Positions 47,449 through 57,556 of a DNA stretch of 64,000 bases are shown here, in pieces (within the stretch, counting starts at the first letter, position 1; the number at the start of each line of letters is the position of its first letter). Position numbers and translations under genes: made by a program. The DNA lies in contig JAUVHU010000004.1 of assembly GCA_030593145.1 (NCBI GenBank), positions 8,548 to 72,547 of the forward strand. Reading direction: 5' to 3'. This DNA comes from Desulfobacteraceae bacterium (GTDB lineage: Bacteria; Desulfobacterota; Desulfobacteria; Desulfobacterales; ETH-SRB1). The notes below the pieces were generated by a model, which saw only the letters and a list, made by a program, of their open reading frames with translations, was not told where the DNA came from and did not search any database.

Positions 47449-47555
47449 CCTGAAGTTAACTCCGCTTTGTTTTGTAATTGGTCGGTTGGTTGAATAGATT
47501 AGTTGTTAAGTGGTCAGGTCGTCAACCACTTTGACCATTTTCCTGCGCGACTAAA

Positions 47556-48230
47556 TTATCCATCTGTATTCATCAACGACTCGAACTCATACCCTTTGCC
47601 AAGAATCTCAAAAAGAAGGGAATTTATCTCTTCTTTTTTGTTGTTTTTTATCATTCCAACGAGGTTGCTTTTTATAAATCGTTCAAAAAGATGTTTATGA
47701 GCCTCCGGCTCGTGTTTTTCGCTTAAAAGTTTTTTCCTTATAGCTCCCATTAGCCGGAGGAATTCTGCATACTCAACGCCAAACTGTTTTTCAAGCTCTT
47801 TCCGAAGTGTTTTTGCAAAAGCAGGACTTTTTCCTGAAGTGGAGATAGCAATCACAAGATCCCCTCTATTTACTATAGACGGGAGTATAAAATTGCATAC
47901 ATCAGGTCGATCCGCAATATTGCAGAGCAAGTTAATTTTTTCCGCATCAGCGCTGATTTGACGGTTTAATTCCTCGTTATTGGTTGCGCCAATGACAAGA
48001 AATATTCCATCAAGATCAGAGGTTAGATAAGACCGCTTTTCCCATGCAATCGAACCATTACCTGCAAGCTTCAGCAGTTTTTCGCTAACATCAGGGCTGA
48101 CAACCGTCACAATTGCGCCGCAGTCGAGCAACGTAATAACTTTACGCGTGCCTACGCCGCCACCGCCAACCACTAAGCATTTTCGATTCAAAATATCAAG
48201 ATTTACCGGATAATATCTCATAAGAAGCAA
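47556..48230 (-). CDS. Precorrin-2 dehydrogenase / sirohydrochlorin ferrochelatase (SirC / CysG N-terminal type)
   Basis: CLVVGGGGVGTRK Rossmann motif; AISTSGKSPA motif. Confidence 0.85.
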   Translation of the reverse strand: MLLMRYYPVNLDILNRKCLVVGGGGVGTRKVITLLDCGAIVTVVSPDVSEKLLKLAGNGSIAWEKRSYLTSDLDGIFLVIGATNNEELNRQISADAEKINLLCNIADRPDVCNFILPSIVNRGDLVIAISTSGKSPAFAKTLRKELEKQFGVEYAEFLRLMGAIRKKLLSEKHEPEAHKHLFERFIKSNLVGMIKNNKKEEINSLLFEILGKGYEFESLMNTDG

Positions 48231-48293
48231 CCTGTTATGTAAAAAATTAACTTATCAATTTTTCTTGTCATATATCAACCCTTTTCAAAGGTC

Positions 48294-49130
48294 TCATTGC
48301 GAAACATTACGACGTATCGAAATGATCTTTACATCTTCAACCGGCTTTTTCCCGTCGTCAACATTAACAGCTCCTATTTTATCGACCACATCCATACCCT
48401 TTATAACCTTGCCGAATACGGTATGTTTGCCGGCAAGCCAGTCAGTATCTGTCAGGTTAATAAAAAACTGAGAGCCATTGGTGTTGGGCCCTGAATTGGC
48501 CATTGCCAGCGAACCTCGGACCGGAGAATGAGGCGATCCCTTGTCGGAATATGAATAACCCATGTTTTCATAAGCTTCTTTGAGTGTAAGGGACTTAAGT
48601 CCGGCTTCAAGTTCATCACGTTTTTTATCAAGTTCTTTTTGGGAAGTAATGCTCATTTTTTGAAACAGGGGTGCAAGAATGATATTCTGGTAATCTTCCT
48701 GGCTGCGAATCATCAGAAAAGGATGTGGGCCTTCCTTAGGATCCATTGCCTTTAACTTGTCAAGACCTAAAGCTGTGGCATTGATTTCATCAGCAAAAGA
48801 GTATCCCGGCCCGCCTCTGCCATCTCCAAGTGGACAACCTCCCTGAATCATGAACTCCTTGATTGTCCGGTGAAAAATCAAATTGTCATAAAAAGGCTTT
48901 TTGACTTTTTTGCCGGTCTTTATATCTGCAAATTCCTTTGTGCCTTCTGCCAGTCCAATAAAATTAGCGACAGTATTTGGGGCATCGTTTTGAAACAGTT
49001 CAACTTCAATGTTGCCTAAATTTGTTTGAATGCTATACACAGGATTCTCCTTTTTTTTTGGTTCACCACTCCATGCGGTTGCCACTAAAACTATTAAAAT
49101 TAATCCTACTGTGATTACGATTTTTTTCAT
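48294..49130 (-). CDS. Exported cyclophilin-type peptidyl-prolyl isomerase with an internal insertion
   Basis: [13 protein letters not shown] and [12 protein letters not shown] motifs; signal peptide [30 protein letters not shown] favours the ATG at 49130. Confidence 0.9.
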   Translation of the reverse strand: MKKIVITVGLILIVLVATAWSGEPKKKENPVYSIQTNLGNIEVELFQNDAPNTVANFIGLAEGTKEFADIKTGKKVKKPFYDNLIFHRTIKEFMIQGGCPLGDGRGGPGYSFADEINATALGLDKLKAMDPKEGPHPFLMIRSQEDYQNIILAPLFQKMSITSQKELDKKRDELEAGLKSLTLKEAYENMGYSYSDKGSPHSPVRGSLAMANSGPNTNGSQFFINLTDTDWLAGKHTVFGKVIKGMDVVDKIGAVNVDDGKKPVEDVKIISIRRNVSQ

Positions 49131-49159
49131 TATATTCTCCAACCTTTCTAATTCTAATA

Positions 49160-49191
49160 TTGATGAATTCGTAAAAAGTCGAATTCATCAA
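49160..49191. repeat. Perfect hairpin built from the GATGAATTCGTAAAAAGTC box
   Basis: TTGATGAATTCG-TAAAAAGT-CGAATTCATCAA. Confidence 0.8.
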
Positions 49192-49208
49192 GTGTCAGGT
49201 GTTAAGTG

Positions 49209-50015
49209 TTAAGACAAAACATTTAACTGTCCTATTTCTATTTTCATCAGATCCTCAGTTACAATCAATGGGCCGGACCAGGTTTTGCGGCATTGCTTTT
49301 CAATATTCACCTGATCGCATTCAGGATAAAAGTGGATTAGAGCCAGTTTGTCAACATTTGCCTGTGTGGCGATTTCGCCGGACAGGGAAGGGGTCAGATG
49401 TCCTGAAACCTTTAATTCATCAGGAAGAGCGGATTCACAAATAAAGAGATCTGCATTTTTTGCCAGGCTAACAAGGTTATCGGAAAAATCCGTATCACCT
49501 GAATAGACAACCGATTTACCACCAGAACTGTTTATCCGGTAAGCCAGACTTTCATCAGTGTGCTCAACTGGAATCGATTCAACAGTAAAATCACCGAAAT
49601 CGATAAAATCCTTTTTTTTATTATCCATCTCAATAATATTAAACAGCTCCGGCTTAAGTTCTATCCATTCTCCGTACACATTCTTAAGCTTGTTGTAAAA
49701 TTCTGCAAATCCTTTTCCCGCGACGATTGTGAGAGGTTTTTGCCGCCAGTCAATATCAGGATACTTGGTTGCGAACAAAAAGGGAACCAGCTCTCCTGTA
49801 TGATCAGGATGTAAGTGGCTGAAAAAAATAAAGGAAATATCAAAAATTTTTGTACCTGTCTCAAGAAGCCTTTTCATTGTGCCGACCCCGGAATCAAACA
49901 GCAATTTTCTGTTGCCTGTTTCCATTAACACAGAACAGGAACTTCGCTTGAGAGAAGGCACACACGTTCCTGATCCTAATATAGTCACAGTTATTTCAAT
50001 ATGTTTTGAATGCAT
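49209..50015 (-). CDS. MBL-fold metallo-hydrolase (RNase Z/ElaC-like)
   Basis: FFSHLHPDHTGEL motif. Confidence 0.8.
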   Translation of the reverse strand: MHSKHIEITVTILGSGTCVPSLKRSSCSVLMETGNRKLLFDSGVGTMKRLLETGTKIFDISFIFFSHLHPDHTGELVPFLFATKYPDIDWRQKPLTIVAGKGFAEFYNKLKNVYGEWIELKPELFNIIEMDNKKKDFIDFGDFTVESIPVEHTDESLAYRINSSGGKSVVYSGDTDFSDNLVSLAKNADLFICESALPDELKVSGHLTPSLSGEIATQANVDKLALIHFYPECDQVNIEKQCRKTWSGPLIVTEDLMKIEIGQLNVLS

Positions 50016-50043
50016 TTAACTGTTTTTGCTATTATTGATGAAC

Positions 50044-50226
50044 TCGTAAAATGTCCATTTTGTTCACTTCATGACCATTTTGGGCGCAATTGAGACATTC
50101 ATCTAAAATGCAAGAACTCGGCCTAACGGCCTCAAACAGCTTGCATTTTTTGACGATGAACATCTCAATTGCTTTTTTCCCAAAATGCTCAAAGCCGTTC
50201 ACAAAAGACTTTTTACGAAAGCATCA
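50044..50226. repeat. About 180-bp palindromic element bounded by the GATGAACTCGTAAAA box and its inverse
   Basis: 5' TTGATGAACTCGTAAAATGTCCATTTTGTTCAC ... GTTCACAAAAGACTTTTTACGAAAGCATCA 3'. The interior arms (AAAATGCAAGAACTCGGCC / GGCCTCAAACAGCTTGCATTTT) also pair. It abuts the stop of the 50227 gene. Confidence 0.8.
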
Positions 50227-51216
50227 TTATTTCTTTCCGGCCCTTTTTTCAATCTGATTTATGATCCACCTAAGCAATATTTTATCATCCTTATATGTTA
50301 CATGCTCTTCTAAGTCCCCAATTGGAATCTCGGCACGCGCCATGTTTTTATGACCGCCCGCAGAACCGATATCTCCAAAGCTCTGTTTGGCGATTTCGCC
50401 CGCATTCTTGCGGAGACCGTCATTCCTGAAAACAACAATCAGTTTTTTATTGCATATTCCGGAAATAATGCTCCACCTGATAGAGTTTACCTTCATGAAA
50501 AAATCGGCAATAATCACGCATATATCCGGATTTACTACCAGGCCAAGATGCACATATACCTTGTTTCTACGCTTGCGCATGTTCTCAAGAGCGCTTTTGA
50601 AATATTTAAGAAAATCAAAACGCATTTCTGTCTGCTCGATCTTTCGCGCAAGGTGAACATTGGCGTGCTGAAAAAGGAATTGAAATGCCCTGACATCTTC
50701 AAATGAAGTTTGCCTGACAAAGTTGTCTGTATCTGTCTTTATGGCAAGAAACAAGCCGGTAGCAAGCTTGGAAGAGGGTTTGATTTTAGCTGCTCTCAAA
50801 TATTCGGTCAAAATACTGGCAGCAGCGCCGTATTGCGGGCGAATGTCTGTAAAAGAAGCCTGTACTTCTGTTTCTGGATGATGGTCAATTATAACATCAG
50901 GATTAATTTCTGAAAAAGACTCATTATGTTCGGGCTGAGAATCGACCATGACAAAACGGTTGAAACCGGCCTTATCGATTTTTGATATATGTGTTAGTTT
51001 GATTCCCAAAAGCCGGATCATAGCCAGGTTGTCAGGACGTTTGATTATATTAATATTTGAAATGTCTATGCACGCTACTTTGCGCCACAGCAGTCTTTTA
51101 ACCGCCATTGCACAAGCAATTGAATCCGGATCAGCGTCAATTACAATTAGAACATGATCGTTACTTGAAAATTGATCATAGAAACGGCGCAATTTTTCAG
51201 AAGCAGAAAGGCTCAT
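50227..51216 (-). CDS. DHH/DHHA1-family phosphoesterase (second NrnA-like paralog)
   Basis: DADPDSIAC, IIDHHPE and GSAGGHKNMARA motifs. Confidence 0.8.
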   Translation of the reverse strand: MSLSASEKLRRFYDQFSSNDHVLIVIDADPDSIACAMAVKRLLWRKVACIDISNINIIKRPDNLAMIRLLGIKLTHISKIDKAGFNRFVMVDSQPEHNESFSEINPDVIIDHHPETEVQASFTDIRPQYGAAASILTEYLRAAKIKPSSKLATGLFLAIKTDTDNFVRQTSFEDVRAFQFLFQHANVHLARKIEQTEMRFDFLKYFKSALENMRKRRNKVYVHLGLVVNPDICVIIADFFMKVNSIRWSIISGICNKKLIVVFRNDGLRKNAGEIAKQSFGDIGSAGGHKNMARAEIPIGDLEEHVTYKDDKILLRWIINQIEKRAGKK

Positions 51217-51259
51217 ATAAAAATGTTATAATGAATTACGGTAGATTTCAATAATTTTT

Positions 51260-51427
51260 GTAACTATTCAGCCACAGATTCACACAGATGAACGCAGATA
51301 GGTTTAAATACAAAGAAATCACATAACATTAAGAATTATTATAATCTTGGTGACTTAGTGGCTGAATTATTACAATAAAAGAAAAATATCAGTGATGATC
51401 AGCGTAGATCTGCGGCTGAATAATTAC
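51260..51427. repeat. CAGCCAC-family composite palindrome downstream of clpB
   Basis: GTAACTATTCAGCCACAGATTCACACAGATGAACGCAGAT pairs imperfectly with ATCAGTGATGATCAGCGTAGATCTGCGGCTGAATAATTAC. The internal ATTATAATCTTGGTGACTTAGTGGCTGAA is shared with 54188 and 16591 (reverse complement). Confidence 0.8.
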
Positions 51428-51438
51428 TAGTTTTTTGA

Positions 51439-54045
51439 TTATAGATTTCCGACAGATGACAAATTGCGAAAAACAATTTGATTGTTTTCTACATCAGCTT
51501 TTAGACTTGTTCCTTCAGAAATTTGTCCCTTAAGTATTTCCATGGCCAATGGATTCTCAATATATTTTTGAATTGCGCGCTTTAAAGGCCGTGCTCCGAA
51601 TATCTGATCATATCCATTTTCAGCAAGAAACGACATAGCTTCATCTGAAATGACGAGATTAATCTTTTTTTCAGAAAGTTTTGAGCTGAGTCTTTTTATC
51701 TGAATCCTCACTATGTTACGAATTTGTTCCGGCGTAAGGTTATGGAAAATTATTATATCATCTATTCTGTTTAAGAATTCAGGCTTGAAAGTTGCGTGAA
51801 GGGCCTCTGTCATTTTAGCTTCCACCTCTTCCCGTTTTGAGATGCCAAGCTCCTGAATCCACTGGCTGCCAACGTTTGAAGTCATGACAATTATACTGTT
51901 TTTAAAATTGACTGTTCTTCCATGGCCGTCCGTCATTCGTCCGTCATCCAAGATCTGAAGTAGTATATTAAAAACTTCGGGATGAGCTTTTTCAATTTCA
52001 TCAAACAGCACAACGGAATAAGGTCTTCTTCGCACAGCCTCGGTTAAATAGCCGCCTTCCTCGTATCCTACGTAACCGGGAGGAGCTCCGATAAGTCTTG
52101 ATACAGAATGCTTTTCCATGTATTCCGACATGTCGATTCTTACCATTGCCTGTTCATTGTCGAAAATAAATTCCGCAAGAGCCTTGGCAAGTTCTGTTTT
52201 GCCTACACCTGTGGGGCCCATAAATATAAACGATCCAATGGGACGGTTTTGATCCTGCAAGCCGGAACGCGCTCTGCGGACAGCATTTGAAACAGCTTCA
52301 ACAGCCTCTTCCTGTCCGATGACCCTTTTTCCGATACGATCCTCCATGTGTACGAGTCTTTCTCTTTCACCCTCAAGCATCTTGCTGACAGGGATACCTG
52401 TCCACTTGAATATTACCTTGGCAATATCTTCAGCATCAACCTCTTCTTTCAGCATTTTTTTGTCTTTCTGAAGCTCTGAAAGCTTTGTTTTAGCTTCATC
52501 AAAACGCTTTTTAAGTTCAGATGCATTTCCGTATCTGATTTCCGCAACCCTTGCCAGGTTGCCCTCCCTTTCAGCCTGTTGTTCTTCAATGCCAAGTTTC
52601 TCAATTTTTTCCTTTATTTCTCTTATATTTTTAATCACATCCTTTTCGTTTTGCCAGTGGGCCTTCATTTCCTGAATTTCATCTTTCAAAACCGCAAGAT
52701 CTTCTTTAATCTTTACCAGACGATCCTTGGATGCCTGATCAGATTCCTTTTTTAAAGCTTCCCGTTCGATTTCAAACTGTGTAATTTTGCGCTGAATTTC
52801 ATCTATCTCCACAGGCATACTGTCTATCTCGATCCTGAGCTTTGAAGCGCATTCATCAATTAGATCAATGGCCTTGTCAGGAAGAAAGCGGTCTGAAATA
52901 TAACGGTTTGAAAGCGTTGCGGCGGCAATAATAGCAGAATCCTTTATTCTTACGCCATGATGCACCTCATATTTTTCCTTAAGGCCACGGAGGATAGAAA
53001 TGGTGTCTTCAACAGTGGGTTCCTGTACCATAACAGGCTGAAAACGTCTTTCAAGAGCGGCATCCTTTTCAATATACTTCCTGTATTCATTCAAGGTGGT
53101 TGCCCCCACGCACCGGAGGGTTCCTCTGGCAAGGGCCGGTTTTAACATGTTTGAAGCATCCATCGATCCTTCGCTTGCGCCTGCTCCGACCAGGGTATGA
53201 AGTTCGTCAATAAAAAGTATAACCTCTCCTTCCGCCTGTTCTACTTCCTTTAATACAGCTTTCAGGCGGTCTTCAAATTCTCCCCTGTACTTTGCGCCGG
53301 CAATAAGAGCGCCCATATCCAGAGCAGCTACCCGCCTGTTCTTTAAGGTTTCGGCAATATCGCCCTCGATAATTCGCTGCGCGAGACCTTCGACAATAGC
53401 TGTTTTACCAACTCCGGGTTCTCCTATGAGAACAGGATTATTCTTGGTCCGTCTTGAAAGAACCTGTACAATCCGTCTTATTTCATCATCCCGCCCGATA
53501 ACAGGATCAAGTTTGCCCAAACGCGCAAGATCTGTCAGATCACGGCTGAATTTGTCAAGAGCCTGATATTTTTCTTCAGGATTCGGGTCTGTAATCCGTT
53601 GAGAGCCCCGGATATCCAGTAAAACTTTCAGAATCGATTCCCTCTTTATCCCATAACGGTCAAGAATCTTTGATGCCTCACAATCCTTTTTGTCGGAAAT
53701 TGCCAGGACGATATGTTCTATGCTCACATATTCATCTTTCATATTAGCTGCTTCCACAAAGGAGGCATCCAGGACATCTTTTGTCATTTGTGATATATGA
53801 GCATCCCCCATTCCGCTTCCGCTTACCTTTGGCAATTTATCAATGGCAAGCGCCAGGTCCCGGGCAACATCCTTTGGAGAAACGCCAAGCTTCAGCAGCA
53901 TTGAAGCGGCTATACCGGTTTCTTTATCCAGCATGGATTTAAGCAAATGTTCAGGCTCAATCTGCTGGTTATTATGCTGCGATGCCATGGCCTGGGCATT
54001 TTCAATGAGTTCCTGTGATTTTATTGTTAATTTATCAAAACGCAT
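51439..54045 (-). CDS. clpB: ATP-dependent chaperone/disaggregase ClpB
   Basis: Two AAA+ modules ([16 protein letters not shown]), a long coiled-coil middle domain and a Clp N-domain. Confidence 0.95.
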   Translation of the reverse strand: MRFDKLTIKSQELIENAQAMASQHNNQQIEPEHLLKSMLDKETGIAASMLLKLGVSPKDVARDLALAIDKLPKVSGSGMGDAHISQMTKDVLDASFVEAANMKDEYVSIEHIVLAISDKKDCEASKILDRYGIKRESILKVLLDIRGSQRITDPNPEEKYQALDKFSRDLTDLARLGKLDPVIGRDDEIRRIVQVLSRRTKNNPVLIGEPGVGKTAIVEGLAQRIIEGDIAETLKNRRVAALDMGALIAGAKYRGEFEDRLKAVLKEVEQAEGEVILFIDELHTLVGAGASEGSMDASNMLKPALARGTLRCVGATTLNEYRKYIEKDAALERRFQPVMVQEPTVEDTISILRGLKEKYEVHHGVRIKDSAIIAAATLSNRYISDRFLPDKAIDLIDECASKLRIEIDSMPVEIDEIQRKITQFEIEREALKKESDQASKDRLVKIKEDLAVLKDEIQEMKAHWQNEKDVIKNIREIKEKIEKLGIEEQQAEREGNLARVAEIRYGNASELKKRFDEAKTKLSELQKDKKMLKEEVDAEDIAKVIFKWTGIPVSKMLEGERERLVHMEDRIGKRVIGQEEAVEAVSNAVRRARSGLQDQNRPIGSFIFMGPTGVGKTELAKALAEFIFDNEQAMVRIDMSEYMEKHSVSRLIGAPPGYVGYEEGGYLTEAVRRRPYSVVLFDEIEKAHPEVFNILLQILDDGRMTDGHGRTVNFKNSIIVMTSNVGSQWIQELGISKREEVEAKMTEALHATFKPEFLNRIDDIIIFHNLTPEQIRNIVRIQIKRLSSKLSEKKINLVISDEAMSFLAENGYDQIFGARPLKRAIQKYIENPLAMEILKGQISEGTSLKADVENNQIVFRNLSSVGNL

Positions 54046-54082
54046 AATGCCTCCTGATTGAATATTGCTTGATTTGTAACAG

Positions 54083-54232
54083 TTTCAGCCACTAAGGCAC
54101 AAAGACACAAAGTAGGGATATGATTGATAAATTGAGGAATTGCGAAAAATTCCCGAATTTCCCAATTATGAATTTTTAAAGAATTATATTATAATCTTGG
54201 TGCCTTAGTGTCTTTGTGGCTGAACTATTGCC
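54083..54232. repeat. CAGCCAC-family composite palindrome upstream of clpB
   Basis: TTTCAGCCACTAAGGCACAAAGACACAAAG ... ATTATAATCTTGGTGCCTTAGTGTCTTTGTGGCTGAACTATTGCC. The arms carry the same words in permuted order. Confidence 0.8.
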
Positions 54233-54313
54233 TTAATTTTTATAAAATTGCCTGTTTATATAAAAATAAACACTGGGTATTTGATGTCAAATTACGATCA
54301 GGTGGGTCGGGGA

Positions 54314-54649
54314 TCAGGGAACGGTGGATGGAGGGCAGGGCGCCTGTTTGCCGCAAAAGGGGCAGAATTTGAAATTCTCATGCAGGGGTCTGCCGCAATT
54401 TGTGCATTTTAAATCTTTTTTGCCCCGCCATAGATTATCTCCCATGCCAAAATCATGTATATTTTTTTCGCAATTATCACACATGATAAAAGGCTGGCCT
54501 TTTTTTACCCTTAAAATCGGAATAAAAAATAGGTTAAAGTAATGATCAACCCTTTTAAAATAGGCACGCGCCAGCCCACATACAGGACATAACCTGGGGT
54601 TATTATCAAGTATTTTTGTTTTTGGGGAAACCCCTGCAATCAGAAACAT
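54314..54649 (-). CDS. Zinc-ribbon domain protein (111 aa)
   Basis: Three CxxC pairs (CPVC, CDNC, CTNC) plus CPFC; directly downstream of znuB. Confidence 0.65.
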   Translation of the reverse strand: MFLIAGVSPKTKILDNNPRLCPVCGLARAYFKRVDHYFNLFFIPILRVKKGQPFIMCDNCEKNIHDFGMGDNLWRGKKDLKCTNCGRPLHENFKFCPFCGKQAPCPPSTVP

Positions 54650-54661
54650 TTGTTACAACCG

Positions 54662-55501
54662 TTATTTTTTATCATAACTGCGAAATCTTGAAACAAGCCC
54701 TTTTAGAACAGTCGCGACAATATAGGCCGTTCCGGCAATAACTATTATAGTGGCTCCTGATGGAAGATTTTGTTCATAAGAAACAATAAGGCCTGAAGTG
54801 GTAAATACCGCTCCGAAAATTGATGCAAGAATCATCATACTGCCAAGGCTTGGAGCAAAATAACGCGCGGTTGCGGCAGGAAGAGTAAGCAGCGCTATCA
54901 CCAGTACAATTCCCACTACCTGTATCAGCATAACAACAGTAATTGCAATAAGGCAGAGTAAGAGCAAATAAGTGCTCATGACACCGATGCCCTGAAGCCG
55001 AGTATATTCTTCATCAAAGCATACGGCGAGAAAACGCTTATAAAAGAGCAGCACAATCGAAATGATAAGCAGATCAAGGCAGGCAACAAGCTTTACGCTT
55101 TCTCTTCCCACCATAAGTATATTGCCGAACAGATAACTCATAAGATCTACATTATAGCCCGGTGTTTTATAGATAAACAATATTCCGACAGCCATTCCCA
55201 CAGCCCACAAAGCCCCTATCAGTGTGTCTTCATGTTGATGATAACGAAGGCTTACAAACCCGATCAAAAGCGCAGCCATAATTGCTACTACAAAGGCTCC
55301 ATGTATGGGATTAAAACCATAGTAATAGGCTGCTCCCATCCCGCCAAGAACTGTATGAGATATTCCACCGCTGATAAAAACAACCCGTCTGACCACAACA
55401 TATGTACCCATAATTCCGCACGCCACACTGGCCAGCAGGCCGACAATGACGGCGTTTTGCATAAAAGTCTGATTTTGAAGCACATGGATAAATTCAAACA
55501 T
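54662..55501 (-). CDS. znuB: Zinc/manganese ABC transporter permease (ZnuB-like)
   Basis: Polytopic ABC-3 family look. The ATG at 55501 forms an ATGA overlap with the znuC stop, so I prefer it to the track start at 55549. Confidence 0.85.
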   Translation of the reverse strand: MFEFIHVLQNQTFMQNAVIVGLLASVACGIMGTYVVVRRVVFISGGISHTVLGGMGAAYYYGFNPIHGAFVVAIMAALLIGFVSLRYHQHEDTLIGALWAVGMAVGILFIYKTPGYNVDLMSYLFGNILMVGRESVKLVACLDLLIISIVLLFYKRFLAVCFDEEYTRLQGIGVMSTYLLLLCLIAITVVMLIQVVGIVLVIALLTLPAATARYFAPSLGSMMILASIFGAVFTTSGLIVSYEQNLPSGATIIVIAGTAYIVATVLKGLVSRFRSYDKK

Positions 55502-56235
55502 CACAACTCGCATTTGTGCTTTATCATATGAACCGGCCCGCTGTAGCATGCTTCAATTACATCTGCCGTAACATGCTCCGTTGGATTGCAGACAAGGCTC
55601 CGGTTAACACATGCAACACGATTCACATATGTGGAAATAAAACCCAGATCGTGAGAAACAAGAACAATTGTCACTTTTTCATTAAGTCTTTTTAAGAGTT
55701 CATAAATATCCTGTTCCACCCTTCCGTCTATGCTTGCTGTCGGTTCATCAAGAAGAAGCATTTCCGGTTTTCCCACCAATGCTCTTGCCATGAGTACCCG
55801 CTGTTTCTGGCCGCCGGACAGGGTTCCAAAATGTTGGCTGCGAAATTCATAAATCTCTACTTCTTTCAAAGCTTCTTCGGCCATCTCTCGATCAATTTTT
55901 CGGTACCCTCCAAACAACGGAGCTTTTCCCAGCCGGCCTATCAAAACCACATCCATTACACTGATGGGAAAGCCGGGGTCAATCTCAGCATGCTGCGGCA
56001 CATAGCCGATGGAATGTCTTGCCAGTTCAGGCGCCTGGCCAAATACACGAACACTGCCCCTTAAAGGATGAATCAGTCCGAGAATTAATTTCAAAAGCGT
56101 GGTCTTGCCGCTCCCGTTAGGGCCTACTATCCCTAAAAAATTACCCTCTTCAATTGTCAGTGTAATATCCTTTAGAACAAGAATATCATCATAGGCAAAA
56201 TCCACATTTCTGATTTCTACAACCGCTTTATTCAT
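55501..56235 (-). CDS. znuC: Zinc/manganese ABC transporter ATPase (ZnuC-like)
   Basis: GPNGSGKTT, LSGGQKQR, LLLDEP motifs. Confidence 0.9.
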   Translation of the reverse strand: MNKAVVEIRNVDFAYDDILVLKDITLTIEEGNFLGIVGPNGSGKTTLLKLILGLIHPLRGSVRVFGQAPELARHSIGYVPQHAEIDPGFPISVMDVVLIGRLGKAPLFGGYRKIDREMAEEALKEVEIYEFRSQHFGTLSGGQKQRVLMARALVGKPEMLLLDEPTASIDGRVEQDIYELLKRLNEKVTIVLVSHDLGFISTYVNRVACVNRSLVCNPTEHVTADVIEACYSGPVHMIKHKCEL

Positions 56236-56427
56236 TGTTCAGACCTTGTAAATCTTTGTTAATTAAGAAGTGCTTTATTGGACAACAAACTCTGATTCCA
56301 TTTTAGTAGTTACGGTTCAAAGGTTCAAGGTTCAGAGGTTCAAAGGTTGACAGATTCATGATGCTTACCCAGTTATGAATAAAGGGCTTGAAGACCCATT
56401 AAAAATCATTTTTAACGAGGTATGTAG

Positions 56428-57345
56428 TCATTGTATTACCTCGCTAAACGTTTCGGCAATTATCTTCATATTATTAAGATAATTTCTCGCTAATGGATCA
56501 ATCTGAACTATTCTTCCCCCAATAGCGGCAGCTATGGCTTCAGCGCTTTTTTTACTGAACTGTTTTTGTACAAAGATTATTTTTATTCCATCATTTTTTG
56601 CTTCTTCAATGAGATTGGCAAGCTTTCTTGCTCCTGGCTCTTTTCCTCCGATTTCAATTGGTATTTGTTCCAGGCCGTAATCATGGGCGAAGTATCCCCA
56701 TGCAGGGTGAAAGACCATGAATTTTCGCGTCCTGATATCTTTCAGGCTTTCGACAATTTCTATATCGAGATTATTGAGATCATCTATAAATGCTCTTAAA
56801 TTGTTTTGATAATACACTTTGTTGGCCGGATCAATGTTAATCAAAGCATCACAGATATTTTTAGCCTGGATCTTAACCAGTCTGATGCTTGTCCAGATAT
56901 GAGGATTTTTTAAACCGCCTTGCTGATGACCGGCATGTTGTTTTGGCACTTTGAGATGATGGGTTTTCATGGGAAGAAGTTTGATGCCGTGCCGCGTATC
57001 TATTACCTTCATTTTTGGATTTGTTTTGCTTATCCGATCCATCCATACATTTTCAAACGGTACGCCAATGCGAAAAAAAAGTTGTGCCTTGCCTATCTCT
57101 ACCATCTGTTTGGGCACAGGTTCATATGTGGCAGGACTACTGCCGGGCCCAACCATCACAGATATATCGACACGGTCACTTCCGACACGCTCTACAAAAT
57201 ATGCCTGGGGCAAAATGCTGACAAAAACCTTAATTTTTTCCACATTGCTTTTTGTCGATTTTGCATAAACATTGCCATTGCTCAAGAAAAAAATCAAAAA
57301 CACAGCACAAAATGTACGGGTAGATATATATTTTAAATTTCTCAT
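56428..57345 (-). CDS. znuA: Periplasmic metal-binding protein (ZnuA-like) with a His-rich loop
   Basis: Signal peptide; cluster-9 SBP pattern; His-rich insert HHLKVPKQHAGHQQGG, typical of zinc-specific members. Confidence 0.85.
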   Translation of the reverse strand: MRNLKYISTRTFCAVFLIFFLSNGNVYAKSTKSNVEKIKVFVSILPQAYFVERVGSDRVDISVMVGPGSSPATYEPVPKQMVEIGKAQLFFRIGVPFENVWMDRISKTNPKMKVIDTRHGIKLLPMKTHHLKVPKQHAGHQQGGLKNPHIWTSIRLVKIQAKNICDALINIDPANKVYYQNNLRAFIDDLNNLDIEIVESLKDIRTRKFMVFHPAWGYFAHDYGLEQIPIEIGGKEPGARKLANLIEEAKNDGIKIIFVQKQFSKKSAEAIAAAIGGRIVQIDPLARNYLNNMKIIAETFSEVIQ

Positions 57346-57380
57346 AATCTATAATTCCCGATTCTTGATCCCTATGTTGA

Positions 57381-57552
57381 AAGATGAACGTCCAACATCG
57401 AACATTGAACATCGAACGTCGAATAATGATGTCGCTCCGCTCCTCAAATTATTCCAATATCTTTTCCCATTCAACCACGCCAAGGCGTGGTTCGATATTC
57501 ATCTTTTCCCATTCAATATTCGATGTTGGACGTTCGATGTTCGATGTTCATT
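57381..57552. repeat. GAACGTCGAACATCGAAC palindromic element, copy 2, with an internal insertion
   Basis: Its arms are nearly identical to 19049-19183. The extra internal segment contains the direct repeat ATCTTTTCCCATTCAA x2 and the hairpin CCACGCCAAGGCGTGG. Confidence 0.85.
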
Positions 57553-57556
57553 TTGT

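Noticed and set aside
54046-54313. Search for CIRCE, HAIR or a sigma-32 promoter upstream of clpB
   Set aside because: No convincing match was seen by eye. Only the CAGCCAC-family element occupies the region.
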